In this document: in pieces, positions 1-8,864 of the stretch
How positions within the stretch are numbered: the stretch's first letter is position 1
Layout of the letters: each line of letters opens with the position of its first letter
From: a virus
Lineage: Duplodnaviria; Caudoviricetes
IMG/VR virus record: IMGVR_UViG_3300044655_000346
Coordinates: 1-56,997 of that record
Length of the DNA stretch: 56,997 nucleotides
Strand: one strand, 5' to 3'
The notes under the pieces: generated by a model
What the model was told of the DNA's origin: nothing
What the model saw: only the letters and a program-made list of their open reading frames with translations
Databases searched by the model: none
Program-made: the position numbers and the translations under genes

Positions 1-2
1 AG

Positions 3-626
3 ATCGCCAAGCGCGGCTCTGAGTTGAAGCGTGACCAAGAATTCACATTCTTGAATGGTGCAGTTGCTGCCGCTGGTAACACCACCACAGCACGCGCTAC
101 TGCCTCTTTGGGTGCGTTTGTCAAGACCAATACCGACAAGCAAACCAACGGCGCTGACCCAAGCTACACCACATTGCCAAACAATGCGCGTAGTGACGGT
201 AATGTGCGTACTTTCACTGAAACCATTCTCAAGAATGTGATTCAGAAAGTATGGACACAAGGCGGCACACCAAAAATCCTAATGGTTGGTCCTGTCAACA
301 AGCAGCGCGTGTCCGGTTTCTCTGGCATTGCATCTTCACGCTTCAACATCAACGGTGGCGAAAAGCCTGCCGTGTTGATCGGTGCAGTTGACATCTATGT
401 CAGCGACTTTGGTAATGTGGCCGTTATCGCTAATCGCTTCCAGCGCGAGCGTGATGGTTGGGTCATTGATCCTGAGTACGCAAAGATGACCGTCCTGCGT
501 CCTTACCAACAATTAGAGTTGGCGAAGACCGGTGACGCTGAGAAGCGTATGTTGTTGATCGAATTCGGCCATAAAGTCTTGGCTGAAAACGCTCACGGCC
601 TTTGCGCTGACTTGTCTACTTCTTAA
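3..626 (+). CDS. Major capsid protein, DUF5309/SU10-like (5' end outside window)
   Basis: Frame is open from position 3. Motifs KRDQEF, IYVSDFG and LAKTGDAEKRMLLIEFG are typical of this capsid family. Followed by a terminator. Confidence 0.8.
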   Translation: MAKRGSELKRDQEFTFLNGAVAAAGNTTTARATASLGAFVKTNTDKQTNGADPSYTTLPNNARSDGNVRTFTETILKNVIQKVWTQGGTPKILMVGPVNKQRVSGFSGIASSRFNINGGEKPAVLIGAVDIYVSDFGNVAVIANRFQRERDGWVIDPEYAKMTVLRPYQQLELAKTGDAEKRMLLIEFGHKVLAENAHGLCADLSTS

Positions 627-640
627 TCGACTGAGAGGAA

Positions 641-669
641 TAGGGGGAGGAGAAATCCTCCCCTTACTT
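641..669 (+). terminator. Intrinsic terminator after the capsid gene
   Basis: GGGGAGGA-GAAA-TCCTCCCC stem with GNRA loop, then a short T-rich tail. Confidence 0.65.
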
Positions 670-671
670 AT

Positions 672-986
672 ATGGAAAAACGATTTTTTGATGCAAACCC
701 CGAAAAAGGGATCACGCGCACTTGGCACTACAACGAGGACACTGATGAGGCAACGATTCAGACAACTCAGGATTTGACTGCTGTCATTGAGGCCAACAAG
801 CGCGACTTTGCCACCATCGACAACAAAGCAAACTGGAAGGGTGAATGGCATCATGTTGCCAGCATTCCTGAGTCGGTTTACTTTCAGTTGAAGGCCGAGG
901 GCAAGATTGATGATCCGGAATATATGAAGCGTTGGCTCAACGACAGTGACAATCGATTTTTCAGAGTGAGGCCAGGGAAAGTTTAA
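672..986 (+). CDS. Conserved phage hypothetical protein
   Basis: 104 aa, coupled to the next gene, C-terminal KRWLNDSDNRFFRVRPG. Confidence 0.7.
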   Translation: MEKRFFDANPEKGITRTWHYNEDTDEATIQTTQDLTAVIEANKRDFATIDNKANWKGEWHHVASIPESVYFQLKAEGKIDDPEYMKRWLNDSDNRFFRVRPGKV

Positions 987-1450
987 TGCCAAGACCAAGA
1001 ATTCCTCTTTTTGACAAGATAGAAAGAAACATAACCCGAATACCAGAATCTGGTTGTTGGATATGGATGTCCACAATTGAAAAAAGCGGATATGGCAGAG
1101 TTTGCTCTGGCAAAAAACCTTTTTATGCACATAGAGTGTCATACGAGCAAAAGCATGGCCCTATACCTAATGGAATGATGGCCTTACATCATTGCGATGT
1201 AAAGTGTTGCGTAAATCCAGATCATATTTTTGTAGGAACACAACAAGATAATATGACTGACAAAGTGCGTAAAAATAGACAAGCCAAAGGCATAAATCAT
1301 GGCAATGCGAAACTAACAGAAGATCAAGTGCGTGAAATTAAATCTAGCTCTGAGACATCTATAAAGTTATCCGCTAAATTTAATTATTCTGCATCAATGA
1401 TTCGTGCTATTAAAAATGGCTACATATGGAAACATTTGGAGAAAGTATGA
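986..1450 (+). CDS. HNH homing endonuclease (HNH_3 type)
   Basis: CWIW, AHRVSYE, LHHCDVKCCVNPDH...N and a C-terminal AKLTEDQVREI DNA-binding motif. AT-rich relative to neighbours. Confidence 0.9.
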   Translation: MPRPRIPLFDKIERNITRIPESGCWIWMSTIEKSGYGRVCSGKKPFYAHRVSYEQKHGPIPNGMMALHHCDVKCCVNPDHIFVGTQQDNMTDKVRKNRQAKGINHGNAKLTEDQVREIKSSSETSIKLSAKFNYSASMIRAIKNGYIWKHLEKV

Positions 1451-2100
1451 AATACATTGCAGTCTGCACGCCAGCGCGTGACATGGTACATACGCAGTAC
1501 ACATACTGTATGGTTAATGCTGTCGCGTATCACACGCTCAACACCACTGACGCTGTGAGCCTCAAGATACTGCAAGGCACGCTGATTCAAAACCAGCGTG
1601 CTGATTTGTGTCTGGACGCAATGCGTGAAGGTTGCAGTCACATACTGTTTATCGACTCTGACATGACTTTCCCACAAGACATGATTCAGCGTTTGCTGGC
1701 GCATGATGTGGACATCGTGGCTACAAACTGCGCCAGACGCAGAATGCCCACAGGTCCAACGGCACAGAATTACGATGAGAACGGCAAGCGCCAACAGGTT
1801 TACACCATGCCTGAATCCACCGGATTAGAGGAAGTTGGCTCAGTCGGCACTGGCGTGATGTTAATCAAGCGCGAAGTGTTTGAGGGTATGACTGAGCCAT
1901 GGTTTGATATGCCGTGGCAGACCGGCACTCGCGGCTACATGGGCGAAGATGTCTTCTTCTGCAAGAAGGCGCAGGAGCTGGGTTTCAAGGTGTATATTGA
2001 CCATGATGTCTCGAAAGAAATCGGACACATTGGCACATTTGAATTCCGACATGAACACACATGGGTGATGAAAGAACAGCTCGAAAAAGAGGCAGTCTAA
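1447..2100 (+). CDS. Glycosyltransferase, GT-A/GT2-like
   Basis: ATGA overlap with the HNH stop. HILFIDSD (DxD), GTGVMLIKREVF, GEDVFFC and IGHIG motifs. Confidence 0.85.
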   Translation: MKYIAVCTPARDMVHTQYTYCMVNAVAYHTLNTTDAVSLKILQGTLIQNQRADLCLDAMREGCSHILFIDSDMTFPQDMIQRLLAHDVDIVATNCARRRMPTGPTAQNYDENGKRQQVYTMPESTGLEEVGSVGTGVMLIKREVFEGMTEPWFDMPWQTGTRGYMGEDVFFCKKAQELGFKVYIDHDVSKEIGHIGTFEFRHEHTWVMKEQLEKEAV

Positions 2101-2730
2101 ATGGCATTGACCACCTACACAGAATTGAAGACATCGCTGGCCGATTGGCTTAATCGGTCTGATCTGACTTCAGTTATTCCTGACTTCATCAGTCTGGCCG
2201 AGGCACAGATTGAGAGACAACTACGCACCCGCCAAATGATTGTGCGTGCCACTGCATCCTTTGCGGCGGCTGCTGAGTACGGCACAGTGCCTGATGATTT
2301 CTTGGAAGCCAAGGCCATCAAGCTCAACACCAATCCAGTGACCAATCTGACATTTCAGACGATTGATGCCATGGATTCATTGTCGAACACCACTTACTTG
2401 TCCAGCGGCAAGCCACTGTATTTCAGCGTGGTGGGCAACCAATTCAGACTTTTGCCGATACCTGATGGCGCATACACGGCAGAGTTGGTCTATTACGCAA
2501 AGTTGACAAAGTTGTCATCGACTGTCGCTACAAACTGGCTGCTGACACAAGCGCCTGATGTTTATTTGTACGGTGCACTTTTACAGGCTGCGCCATACTT
2601 GCAAGACGATGCGAGAATCACTGTGTGGTCATCGTTGTATGCCGCTGGTTTAGAGCAGTTGCAGGTTGCTGATGATCGTGGCTCAACCTCTGGCGGCGCG
2701 TTGATGGCGCGTGCAAGGACATTCGGATGA
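2101..2730 (+). CDS. Head-tail adaptor / tail tubular protein A-like
   Basis: MALTTYTELKTSLADWLNR, P.PD..Y and TNWLL..APDVYLYGAL motifs. Lies after the capsid gene. Confidence 0.7.
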   Translation: MALTTYTELKTSLADWLNRSDLTSVIPDFISLAEAQIERQLRTRQMIVRATASFAAAAEYGTVPDDFLEAKAIKLNTNPVTNLTFQTIDAMDSLSNTTYLSSGKPLYFSVVGNQFRLLPIPDGAYTAELVYYAKLTKLSSTVATNWLLTQAPDVYLYGALLQAAPYLQDDARITVWSSLYAAGLEQLQVADDRGSTSGGALMARARTFG

Positions 2731-2918
2731 TGATCACCACCACCAAAGGCGACATGGACGAGTCCTTGTTGCAAAAATCTGTTGGCTCAACTGAGAGCGA
2801 CAAAGAGATCATCAGTTGGGTTGAATATCGTTTGGATGACGAACTGGTACACAGATCAGTCCATGTTGTGTTGAAACAAAGTGTCGCGGCCGATGGCGTT
2901 GCGGCAGCAATAGGATAA
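2727..2918 (+). CDS. Small phage hypothetical protein
   Basis: 63 aa, ATGA-coupled. Confidence 0.6.
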   Translation: MMITTTKGDMDESLLQKSVGSTESDKEIISWVEYRLDDELVHRSVHVVLKQSVAADGVAAAIG

Positions 2919-2928
2919 GGAATAGATC

Positions 2929-3384
2929 ATGGCCAATACTCAGGCGATGTGCACCAGTTTCAAAGGTGATTTGCTGACCGGCATTCACAATTTCGGCACA
3001 GGCGTTGTGCGTGCATCGACAGCCGCTGACACTTTCAAGGCGGCTCTGTACTTGGCTTCTGCCACTGTCAATGCCTCTACAGCGGCTTATTCGACTACTG
3101 ATGAGGTATCAGGTACAGGATACACCGCAGGCGGTGTCACCGTCACATTTGGCACTGCACCGAGCACCAGCGGCACGACAGCGTTTGTCACGCCAAGCGC
3201 CAGCATCACATATGCCGCAGTTACCTTGTCAACCGCATTTGATTGCGTGTTGATCTATAACTCAACCCAATCAAACAAAGCGGTTAGCGTTCATACATTT
3301 GGCAGTCAGACCGTGACTGCTGGGACATTCACGCTGACCATGCCCACCAATGACGCAAGCACCGGCCTGATCCGGTTGGCTTAA
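2929..3384 (+). CDS. Putative virion structural protein
   Basis: RBS AAGGA, Thr/Ala/Ser-rich 151 aa in the morphogenesis operon. Confidence 0.65.
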   Translation: MANTQAMCTSFKGDLLTGIHNFGTGVVRASTAADTFKAALYLASATVNASTAAYSTTDEVSGTGYTAGGVTVTFGTAPSTSGTTAFVTPSASITYAAVTLSTAFDCVLIYNSTQSNKAVSVHTFGSQTVTAGTFTLTMPTNDASTGLIRLA

Positions 3385-3399
3385 CCGAGGAGCAGCGGC

Positions 3400-3924
3400 A
3401 TGGCTGCTTATGGAACAGGCTACTATGGACTTGGTGTCTATGGCATAGGCAATGTCGTCATCAGTGGCAATCAGGCGAATCTCGCCATTGGTACGCTGCT
3501 GGCCAGCCGATCAATTCAAGAAGATGGCACGATTGCCACCGGCAATGTAGGCACAGTCGGCATCAACAGAACTGTGGCCATTACTGGCAATTCAGCCACT
3601 GGCGCTGTCAACTCTCTATTTGCCTCACCGATCATCACAGGCAATGCGGCCACTGGTGCTGTTGGAACGGTGATCGGCGCGGTTGTCACATTCCAAGACA
3701 TCACAGGCGTTGAAGGCACAGGGGAAGTTGGCACAATCACTTTCAGTAGCTCTGTTGTTTTGGAGATTAGTGGTGTGAGCCTCGCTGGATCGGTTGGCAC
3801 AATAACTGGATATGGGTGGGGCGTAGTGCCTGATTCCTCAGAATCTTGGACACCAGTTTCAGACACCTCAGAAAACTGGTCTGATTTAGCAGACAATTCA
3901 ATCACTTGGCAAGAAGCCGCGTAA
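3400..3924 (+). CDS. Putative virion/tail protein with Gly-Val-Gly-Thr repeats
   Basis: RBS GAGGAG, repeated ITGN.ATGAVGTV units. Confidence 0.6.
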   Translation: MAAYGTGYYGLGVYGIGNVVISGNQANLAIGTLLASRSIQEDGTIATGNVGTVGINRTVAITGNSATGAVNSLFASPIITGNAATGAVGTVIGAVVTFQDITGVEGTGEVGTITFSSSVVLEISGVSLAGSVGTITGYGWGVVPDSSESWTPVSDTSENWSDLADNSITWQEAA

Positions 3925-3936
3925 GGGGATTTAAGA

Positions 3937-4440
3937 ATGGCAGATACCACGACAAGCAACCTATTGCTGACAAAGCCAGAAGTTGGTGCAAGCACTGATA
4001 CCTGGGGAAGCAAAATCAACACCGATTTGGATAGTGTTGATGCCGTTTTCGCTGCCGCAGGCACTGGCACATCAGTTGGCTTGAACATTGGCGCAGGCAA
4101 GACATTGGCGGTGGCTGGTGTATTGAATGTCTCAGCAACCGATGCCATCAAGATTGCGTCAGGCACTACGGCACAGCGGCCAGGCTCACCGGCAGCCGGT
4201 CAACTCCGATACAACACCAGCCTGAACAAATTTGAAGGCTACAACGGCACTGTGTGGTCTTCAGTCGGTGGCGGTGCAACTGGTGGCGGTGCTGATACGG
4301 TGTTCTATGAGAACACGCTCACCGTGACCACAAACTACACACTCAGCTCTTCCAACAACGCGCACAGTGTTGGCCCTATTTCTATTAATAGCGGGGTAAC
4401 GGTTACTATTCCGAGCGGTGCAAGGTGGGTGGTTTTGTAG
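3937..4440 (+). CDS. Short tail-fibre protein (phage A)
   Basis: GTTAQRP...LRYNT....FEGYNGT.WS.VGGG motif and C-terminal G.RWVVL, both shared with 41924-42868. Confidence 0.7.
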   Translation: MADTTTSNLLLTKPEVGASTDTWGSKINTDLDSVDAVFAAAGTGTSVGLNIGAGKTLAVAGVLNVSATDAIKIASGTTAQRPGSPAAGQLRYNTSLNKFEGYNGTVWSSVGGGATGGGADTVFYENTLTVTTNYTLSSSNNAHSVGPISINSGVTVTIPSGARWVVL

Positions 4441-4455
4441 ACCTAAAGGAAAAAT

Positions 4456-5202
4456 ATGTCATCAGTGGTTTATTGGATAGCGCATAAAAGCCATACTGAT
4501 ATGTTCAGTCATGGCTATATCGGCGTGTCCAACAACCATACGAAGCGTTGGTACGCCCATAGCTGGAAAACCGAAAATGTCCATTTTTTCAACGCAATTA
4601 AAAAATATGGTTGGGATAACTTGGACAAAAAGGTCATATTGATTGCTGAAGATGACTATTGTTTAGACATTGAAAAGAAATTAAGACCATCAAAAAATAT
4701 TGGCTGGAATATAGCGGTGGGTGGGGGAAAACCGCCATCGTCTTTGGGTAAAAAGTTTGGCCCTATGTCTGATGAAATAAAAGCGAAAGTCAGTGCATCA
4801 AAAAAGGGCTTCAAACACACGCCAGAGATTGAAGCAAAAGTGACGCAAAACCTGATAATTCATGGCGCACCAACACGATTCAAAAAGGGTCAATCTGCTT
4901 GGAACAAAGGTAAACCGATGCCGTCTCATGTAACCGAAGCAGTTGTAAAAGCCAATACTGGTCGTGTACATTCGATAGAGGAAAGACAAAAGCGGTCAGA
5001 AAGATTGAAGGGTCATGCGGTTTCAGATTACACAAGGGAGCGTATGCGTATTCTTGGTTTAAGAAGTGGTGAGTTTAATAAAGGTCGTGCACACACAAAA
5101 GTTGAATGTCCTCATTGCCATAAGATTGGTGGAATAACTGGTATGGCAAGATGGCATTTTGACAACTGCAAAGAAAAGGAAGAAACCAATGTCATCTCTT
5201 AG
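4456..5202 (+). CDS. GIY-YIG homing endonuclease with NUMOD3-like repeats
   Basis: VYWI...GYIGVS..R, GWNIAVGG, repeated H(T/S).E.K.K units, C-terminal CPHC...RWHFDNC. Confidence 0.85.
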   Translation: MSSVVYWIAHKSHTDMFSHGYIGVSNNHTKRWYAHSWKTENVHFFNAIKKYGWDNLDKKVILIAEDDYCLDIEKKLRPSKNIGWNIAVGGGKPPSSLGKKFGPMSDEIKAKVSASKKGFKHTPEIEAKVTQNLIIHGAPTRFKKGQSAWNKGKPMPSHVTEAVVKANTGRVHSIEERQKRSERLKGHAVSDYTRERMRILGLRSGEFNKGRAHTKVECPHCHKIGGITGMARWHFDNCKEKEETNVIS

Positions 5203-5773
5203 TCTGGCTGGTGATACCAGCGGAAATATCACAGTATCAGCCCCTGCTGTTGCTGGTACAAATACGCTGACGCTTCCAGCATTAACTGGAACTGTTCTTA
5301 CAAACAAAACGGCAGGGACTGTGTTGCAAGTTGTTAGCGTCGCCAAAACCAATGTTTTTACCACGACAAGCACAACTCTTGTTGATATTACTGGGTTAAG
5401 CGTAAGCATAACTCCAACTTCTGCAACAAGTAAAATTTTAGTGCTGTGCAGCTTATCTCTAAATGTGACCAATGGAAATTACATGGCTCAAGCAGTATTG
5501 TTTAGTGGGGCAACAAGAATCTCTGTTGGCGATGCGGCTGGTAGTAGAACTCGGTCTTCTGCTTATGCAACAATTAATGGAGATAGAGGCCGTAGTCCAT
5601 TTTCAATTACTTTTTTAGACTCTCCAGCAACCACATCATCTACAACCTATAAATTTCAAGGTTTAGTAGAATCTGGTGGGACACTTTATATAAACCAAAA
5701 CGCAAGTGATGCAGATAACGCAAATAATGGCCGCAACGCATCGACAATAACACTTATGGAGATAGCGGCATGA
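5189..5773 (+). CDS. Tail-fibre distal module protein (copy 1)
   Basis: GTVLQVV...DSPATTSSTTYK...STITLMEIAA, near-identical to 42878-43462. Confidence 0.7.
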   Translation: MSSLSLAGDTSGNITVSAPAVAGTNTLTLPALTGTVLTNKTAGTVLQVVSVAKTNVFTTTSTTLVDITGLSVSITPTSATSKILVLCSLSLNVTNGNYMAQAVLFSGATRISVGDAAGSRTRSSAYATINGDRGRSPFSITFLDSPATTSSTTYKFQGLVESGGTLYINQNASDADNANNGRNASTITLMEIAA

Positions 5774-5927
5774 ATCACGATGCAATATATGCTCTTTACC
5801 CGCAAGTTGTCTCTGTTGATGATGGCACAGGTGCTTTTGATGCACAAGGGAACAAAGTTGAAATTGACTTAGATGCAGTCAATGCTTGGATTGACCCAAA
5901 CGCATACAAAGCCAAACGAGCATCAGA
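5318..5927 (+). repeat. ~610-bp direct repeat, left copy
   Basis: Identical by eye to 43007-43616 (offset 37,689). Near-identity extends over ~5227-6155 and patchy homology to 7361. Confidence 0.95.
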
Positions 5928-6030
5928 GTACCCATCATTTGCAGACCAATTTGATTTGTTGTTTCATGGCGGCATGGACGCATGGAAAGACGCAATTCAG
6001 GCAGTCAAAGCTAAATATCCAAAGGTTTAA
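5770..6030 (+). CDS. Tail-fibre assembly chaperone-like protein (copy 1)
   Basis: 86 aa, YKAKRASEYPS..DQ.D.L.....W...I.AVK.KYPK, directly after the fibre module. Confidence 0.65.
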   Translation: MNHDAIYALYPQVVSVDDGTGAFDAQGNKVEIDLDAVNAWIDPNAYKAKRASEYPSFADQFDLLFHGGMDAWKDAIQAVKAKYPKV

Positions 6031-6032
6031 CC

Positions 6033-6629
6033 ATGTCAATACTTGCTTTAACTTCTGACACGCTGATTGGTACACCAGCCACAGGAAACATTGAATACAA
6101 CGGTCAATTCTTTGGGACTGACAGCAATGCCGCCAGAGGGCAGTTGCAGAGGATTACTCAAACTACTGCTGTTGCGTCAACATCTGGAACTTCGGTTGAA
6201 TTTACCGCCATCCCTGCGTGGGCAAAAAAGATCACCGTGATGCTTAACGGGGTTAGTTCGGCTAGTACAGGTATTATTCAAGTCCAGTTAGGTACTGGCT
6301 CCACTTCGTACACCATATCTGGTTACTTAGGAGCAACCATAACAAACGCGACTATTGCAAACATTACAACAGGATTTGCTGTTAATGTTTCAGCGGGAAG
6401 TGCAGCAGCGGGAATAATTCATGGGTTAATGACTATCACCAACGTAACAGGTAATACTTGGGTTGCATCTGGAACATTTGCTCAAAGTCAAGCAGCAAAC
6501 GTTTCTTATATGGCATATTCTGTTCCACTTGGCGCTGCTCTTACAGCGGTGCGTGTTATTGCAAGCGCAACTGGATCGCCATCAGACACCTTTGACGCTG
6601 GCAATATCAACATTTTGTACGAGGGTTAA
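6033..6629 (+). CDS. Tail-fibre module protein (INILYEG family)
   Basis: Paralog of the genes at 6633, 43722 and 44304, with conserved ends and variable core. Confidence 0.65.
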   Translation: MSILALTSDTLIGTPATGNIEYNGQFFGTDSNAARGQLQRITQTTAVASTSGTSVEFTAIPAWAKKITVMLNGVSSASTGIIQVQLGTGSTSYTISGYLGATITNATIANITTGFAVNVSAGSAAAGIIHGLMTITNVTGNTWVASGTFAQSQAANVSYMAYSVPLGAALTAVRVIASATGSPSDTFDAGNINILYEG

Positions 6630-6632
6630 ACT

Positions 6633-7163
6633 ATGTCCGTAATAATCGATGGATCAGCAAGCGTCACAATCAACTCAGGTGTGGTACTGGGGATTACCTC
6701 TGGCACTGCTGTTGCCAGCACATCAGGTACAAGCATTGACTTTACTTCTATCCCATCATGGGTGAAGCGGATTACAGTGATGTTTAGTGGAGTAAGTACA
6801 AGCGGAACATCTATTGTTCAAATTCAACTTGGTTCTGGTTCGGTAACAACAACGGGATATACCGCAAGTGCTTCCTACGGTACAACAGTTGGTCAATTTG
6901 GGGATGCTACAACTGGATTTGTTATTGAACCTTCTGCGTCTGCGACAGCGGGAGCTGTGCGTTATAGCTCTATTATTTTTTCATTGTTGTCTGCCAACAC
7001 TTGGGTTTCACAAGGCAATCTTTACACCACATCAACCAATCCAAATGTAACAAATGTTGGGAAAATTTCTCTGTCAGGCGTTCTTGATCGAGTACGCATT
7101 ACCACAGTAAACGGCACTGACACCTTTGACGCTGGAACAATCAACATTCTTTATGAAGGATAA
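6633..7163 (+). CDS. Tail-fibre module protein (INILYEG family)
   Basis: GTAVASTSGTSIDFTSIPSWVKRITVMF...LDRVRITTVNGTDTFDAGTINILYEG. Confidence 0.65.
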   Translation: MSVIIDGSASVTINSGVVLGITSGTAVASTSGTSIDFTSIPSWVKRITVMFSGVSTSGTSIVQIQLGSGSVTTTGYTASASYGTTVGQFGDATTGFVIEPSASATAGAVRYSSIIFSLLSANTWVSQGNLYTTSTNPNVTNVGKISLSGVLDRVRITTVNGTDTFDAGTINILYEG

Positions 7164-7166
7164 AAA

Positions 7167-7361
7167 ATGACACACAGAACAGTAGTTAACTGCGAAACAG
7201 GCGTAGTCACACAAGTCGAGTACACACCTGAAGAACAAGCCGTGCATGATGCGGCAGTAGCGGCACAAGCTGAAGCGCAAGCACTTGCAGACGTTGAAGC
7301 AGCAGCACAAACATTAGCGGAGCAGGAGTACCCTAGTAATGGACAACCAACAAATATTTAA
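7167..7361 (+). CDS. Small fibre-associated chaperone-like protein
   Basis: MTHR.VVN.ETG....VEY.PEEQA, homolog at 44850-45026. Confidence 0.6.
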   Translation: MTHRTVVNCETGVVTQVEYTPEEQAVHDAAVAAQAEAQALADVEAAAQTLAEQEYPSNGQPTNI

Positions 7362-7563
7362 TGTGGTAGTCGGCATTGCTGGCTTTCTTGCTGTTTATGT
7401 TTTTAACAACACGACAAGACAGATACAAAAACTGGAGGACAAGATAAATGAATTACCTAAAGAATATGTGGCAAAAGATGATTACCGCTCTGACATCGCT
7501 GAAATCAAAGATATTCTCAAACAAATCTTCAACAAGCTAGACGCAAAGGCAGACAAACCTTGA
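7339..7563 (+). CDS. Small membrane protein with coiled coil (holin-like)
   Basis: RBS AGGAG, N-terminal TM segment, LPKEYVAKDDY motif. Confidence 0.6.
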   Translation: MDNQQIFNVVVGIAGFLAVYVFNNTTRQIQKLEDKINELPKEYVAKDDYRSDIAEIKDILKQIFNKLDAKADKP

Positions 7564-7607
7564 ACATGGTGTTACATTCTCATATGTTAAATACACAGGA
7601 GAGTGTT

Positions 7608-8096
7608 ATGCCTATGCCTTTTCAAGATAAAACTGGTTTGCGTTTTGGCAGGTTGGTTGTCAAAGAGTTGATTTCTAAAAAACCTGTTGCAAAGTGGACT
7701 TGTGTTTGTGATTGCGGTAATAAGACTCAGGTTTGGGGTGGTCATTTAAGGAGTGGTGTCACTCGTTCTTGCGGTTGTTTATTGACTGATTCAAACAAAG
7801 AGAAAAAAACAACTCATGGTTTGACTAAAACAAGAACGTACAAATCATGGCGTTCAATGAAGATGAGATGCACATTACCTTCTATGCCTAGCTACAAGAA
7901 TTATGCGGGCAAAGGTATTGGGTTTGATGAATCATGGAATGACTTTAATAAATTCTATGAGGACATGGGTGAACGTCCAGAAGGCATGAGCTTGGACAGG
8001 ATTGACAACAGCAAGAGCTACAACAAAGAAAATTGTCGTTGGGCAGATGCAAAAACTCAAGCAAATAATCGTATTCAAAGGAAATCAAAAGTATGA
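7608..8096 (+). CDS. HNH endonuclease (RFGRL/CxCDCG/SCGC type)
   Basis: RBS GGAG before ATG 7608. RFGRLVV, CVCDCGN, SCGC, SW..MK.RC and SLDRIDN...ENCRWA...QANNR motifs. Confidence 0.85.
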   Translation: MPMPFQDKTGLRFGRLVVKELISKKPVAKWTCVCDCGNKTQVWGGHLRSGVTRSCGCLLTDSNKEKKTTHGLTKTRTYKSWRSMKMRCTLPSMPSYKNYAGKGIGFDESWNDFNKFYEDMGERPEGMSLDRIDNSKSYNKENCRWADAKTQANNRIQRKSKV

Positions 8097-8431
8097 ATAT
8101 GGAAAGTTTGAGCTATGTAAAGTTCGGTGACAAAGACGGACTGGGAGAGTTTTTGTTTGAGAACGGGATGCAACACCAGTTGTTCTACGACATCCTTGGG
8201 GACAATGGTATTGCTGTTCAAAAGTATCCGTTGTCAGAAGCTGACCCTGATAACTTGGATGACTGGCTGTTTGTCCATAACCAAGAGCATCAGAGGCTGG
8301 CTAGTATTTTGGGGTTGGACAATCCTTTCCAATTGTTGGACAGTGATTGGAACGTGGAAGAAGATTTTTATGACTGGCTAGGTGTGCACCAAACCATTCA
8401 TCAACAGATAGCAACAGCTTTAGGAGTGTGA
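8093..8431 (+). CDS. Phage hypothetical protein
   Basis: 112 aa with repeated W...H...H motifs, coupled to neighbours. Confidence 0.7.
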   Translation: MNMESLSYVKFGDKDGLGEFLFENGMQHQLFYDILGDNGIAVQKYPLSEADPDNLDDWLFVHNQEHQRLASILGLDNPFQLLDSDWNVEEDFYDWLGVHQTIHQQIATALGV

Positions 8432-8432
8432 T

Positions 8433-8864
8433 ATGGCAGATGTGATGCAAACAATGAGGAAGCAGACTGTTGCTGAAGATATACCTATGCTTGATATTCT
8501 GAAGAATGAAGCAAAACAAAGAGGTGTTAACTTCAACAATTTGCATGGGATGCTCAAGAGTGACATAAAGAGCGGAAAGACAAGAATCATGCGTTCTGGC
8601 AACACTTTGTTGATATATGACATCATGCAACCTGGCTTTGCTGAAGTGCATATTGCTACTATGGATTCTCCTGACAAACTTGTTGTTGCTGTCAAAGATT
8701 TGTATCAAGCTATGAAAAAGTCAGGTTATAAAACACTTATGGCTATAACTGACAATTCACAGATTGCAAGAGTTTTAAATGCGGCAAAAGTTCCTGTCTC
8801 TGTTCGACAAATACCAAGCAAAGACGGCAAGGCCGAGTATCAATTAACCATACAGGTGCAATGA
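8433..8864 (+). CDS. Phage hypothetical protein
   Basis: 143 aa, RBS AGGAG. Confidence 0.7.
   Translation: MADVMQTMRKQTVAEDIPMLDILKNEAKQRGVNFNNLHGMLKSDIKSGKTRIMRSGNTLLIYDIMQPGFAEVHIATMDSPDKLVVAVKDLYQAMKKSGYKTLMAITDNSQIARVLNAAKVPVSVRQIPSKDGKAEYQLTIQVQ

Larger units (their letters stand above)
1..5317 (+). mobile_element. Phage A, left part (head and tail morphogenesis genes)
   Basis: Contiguous + strand capsid/adaptor/fibre genes. GATC and CCGG are frequent. Gene order continues logically after 43007. Confidence 0.8.
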
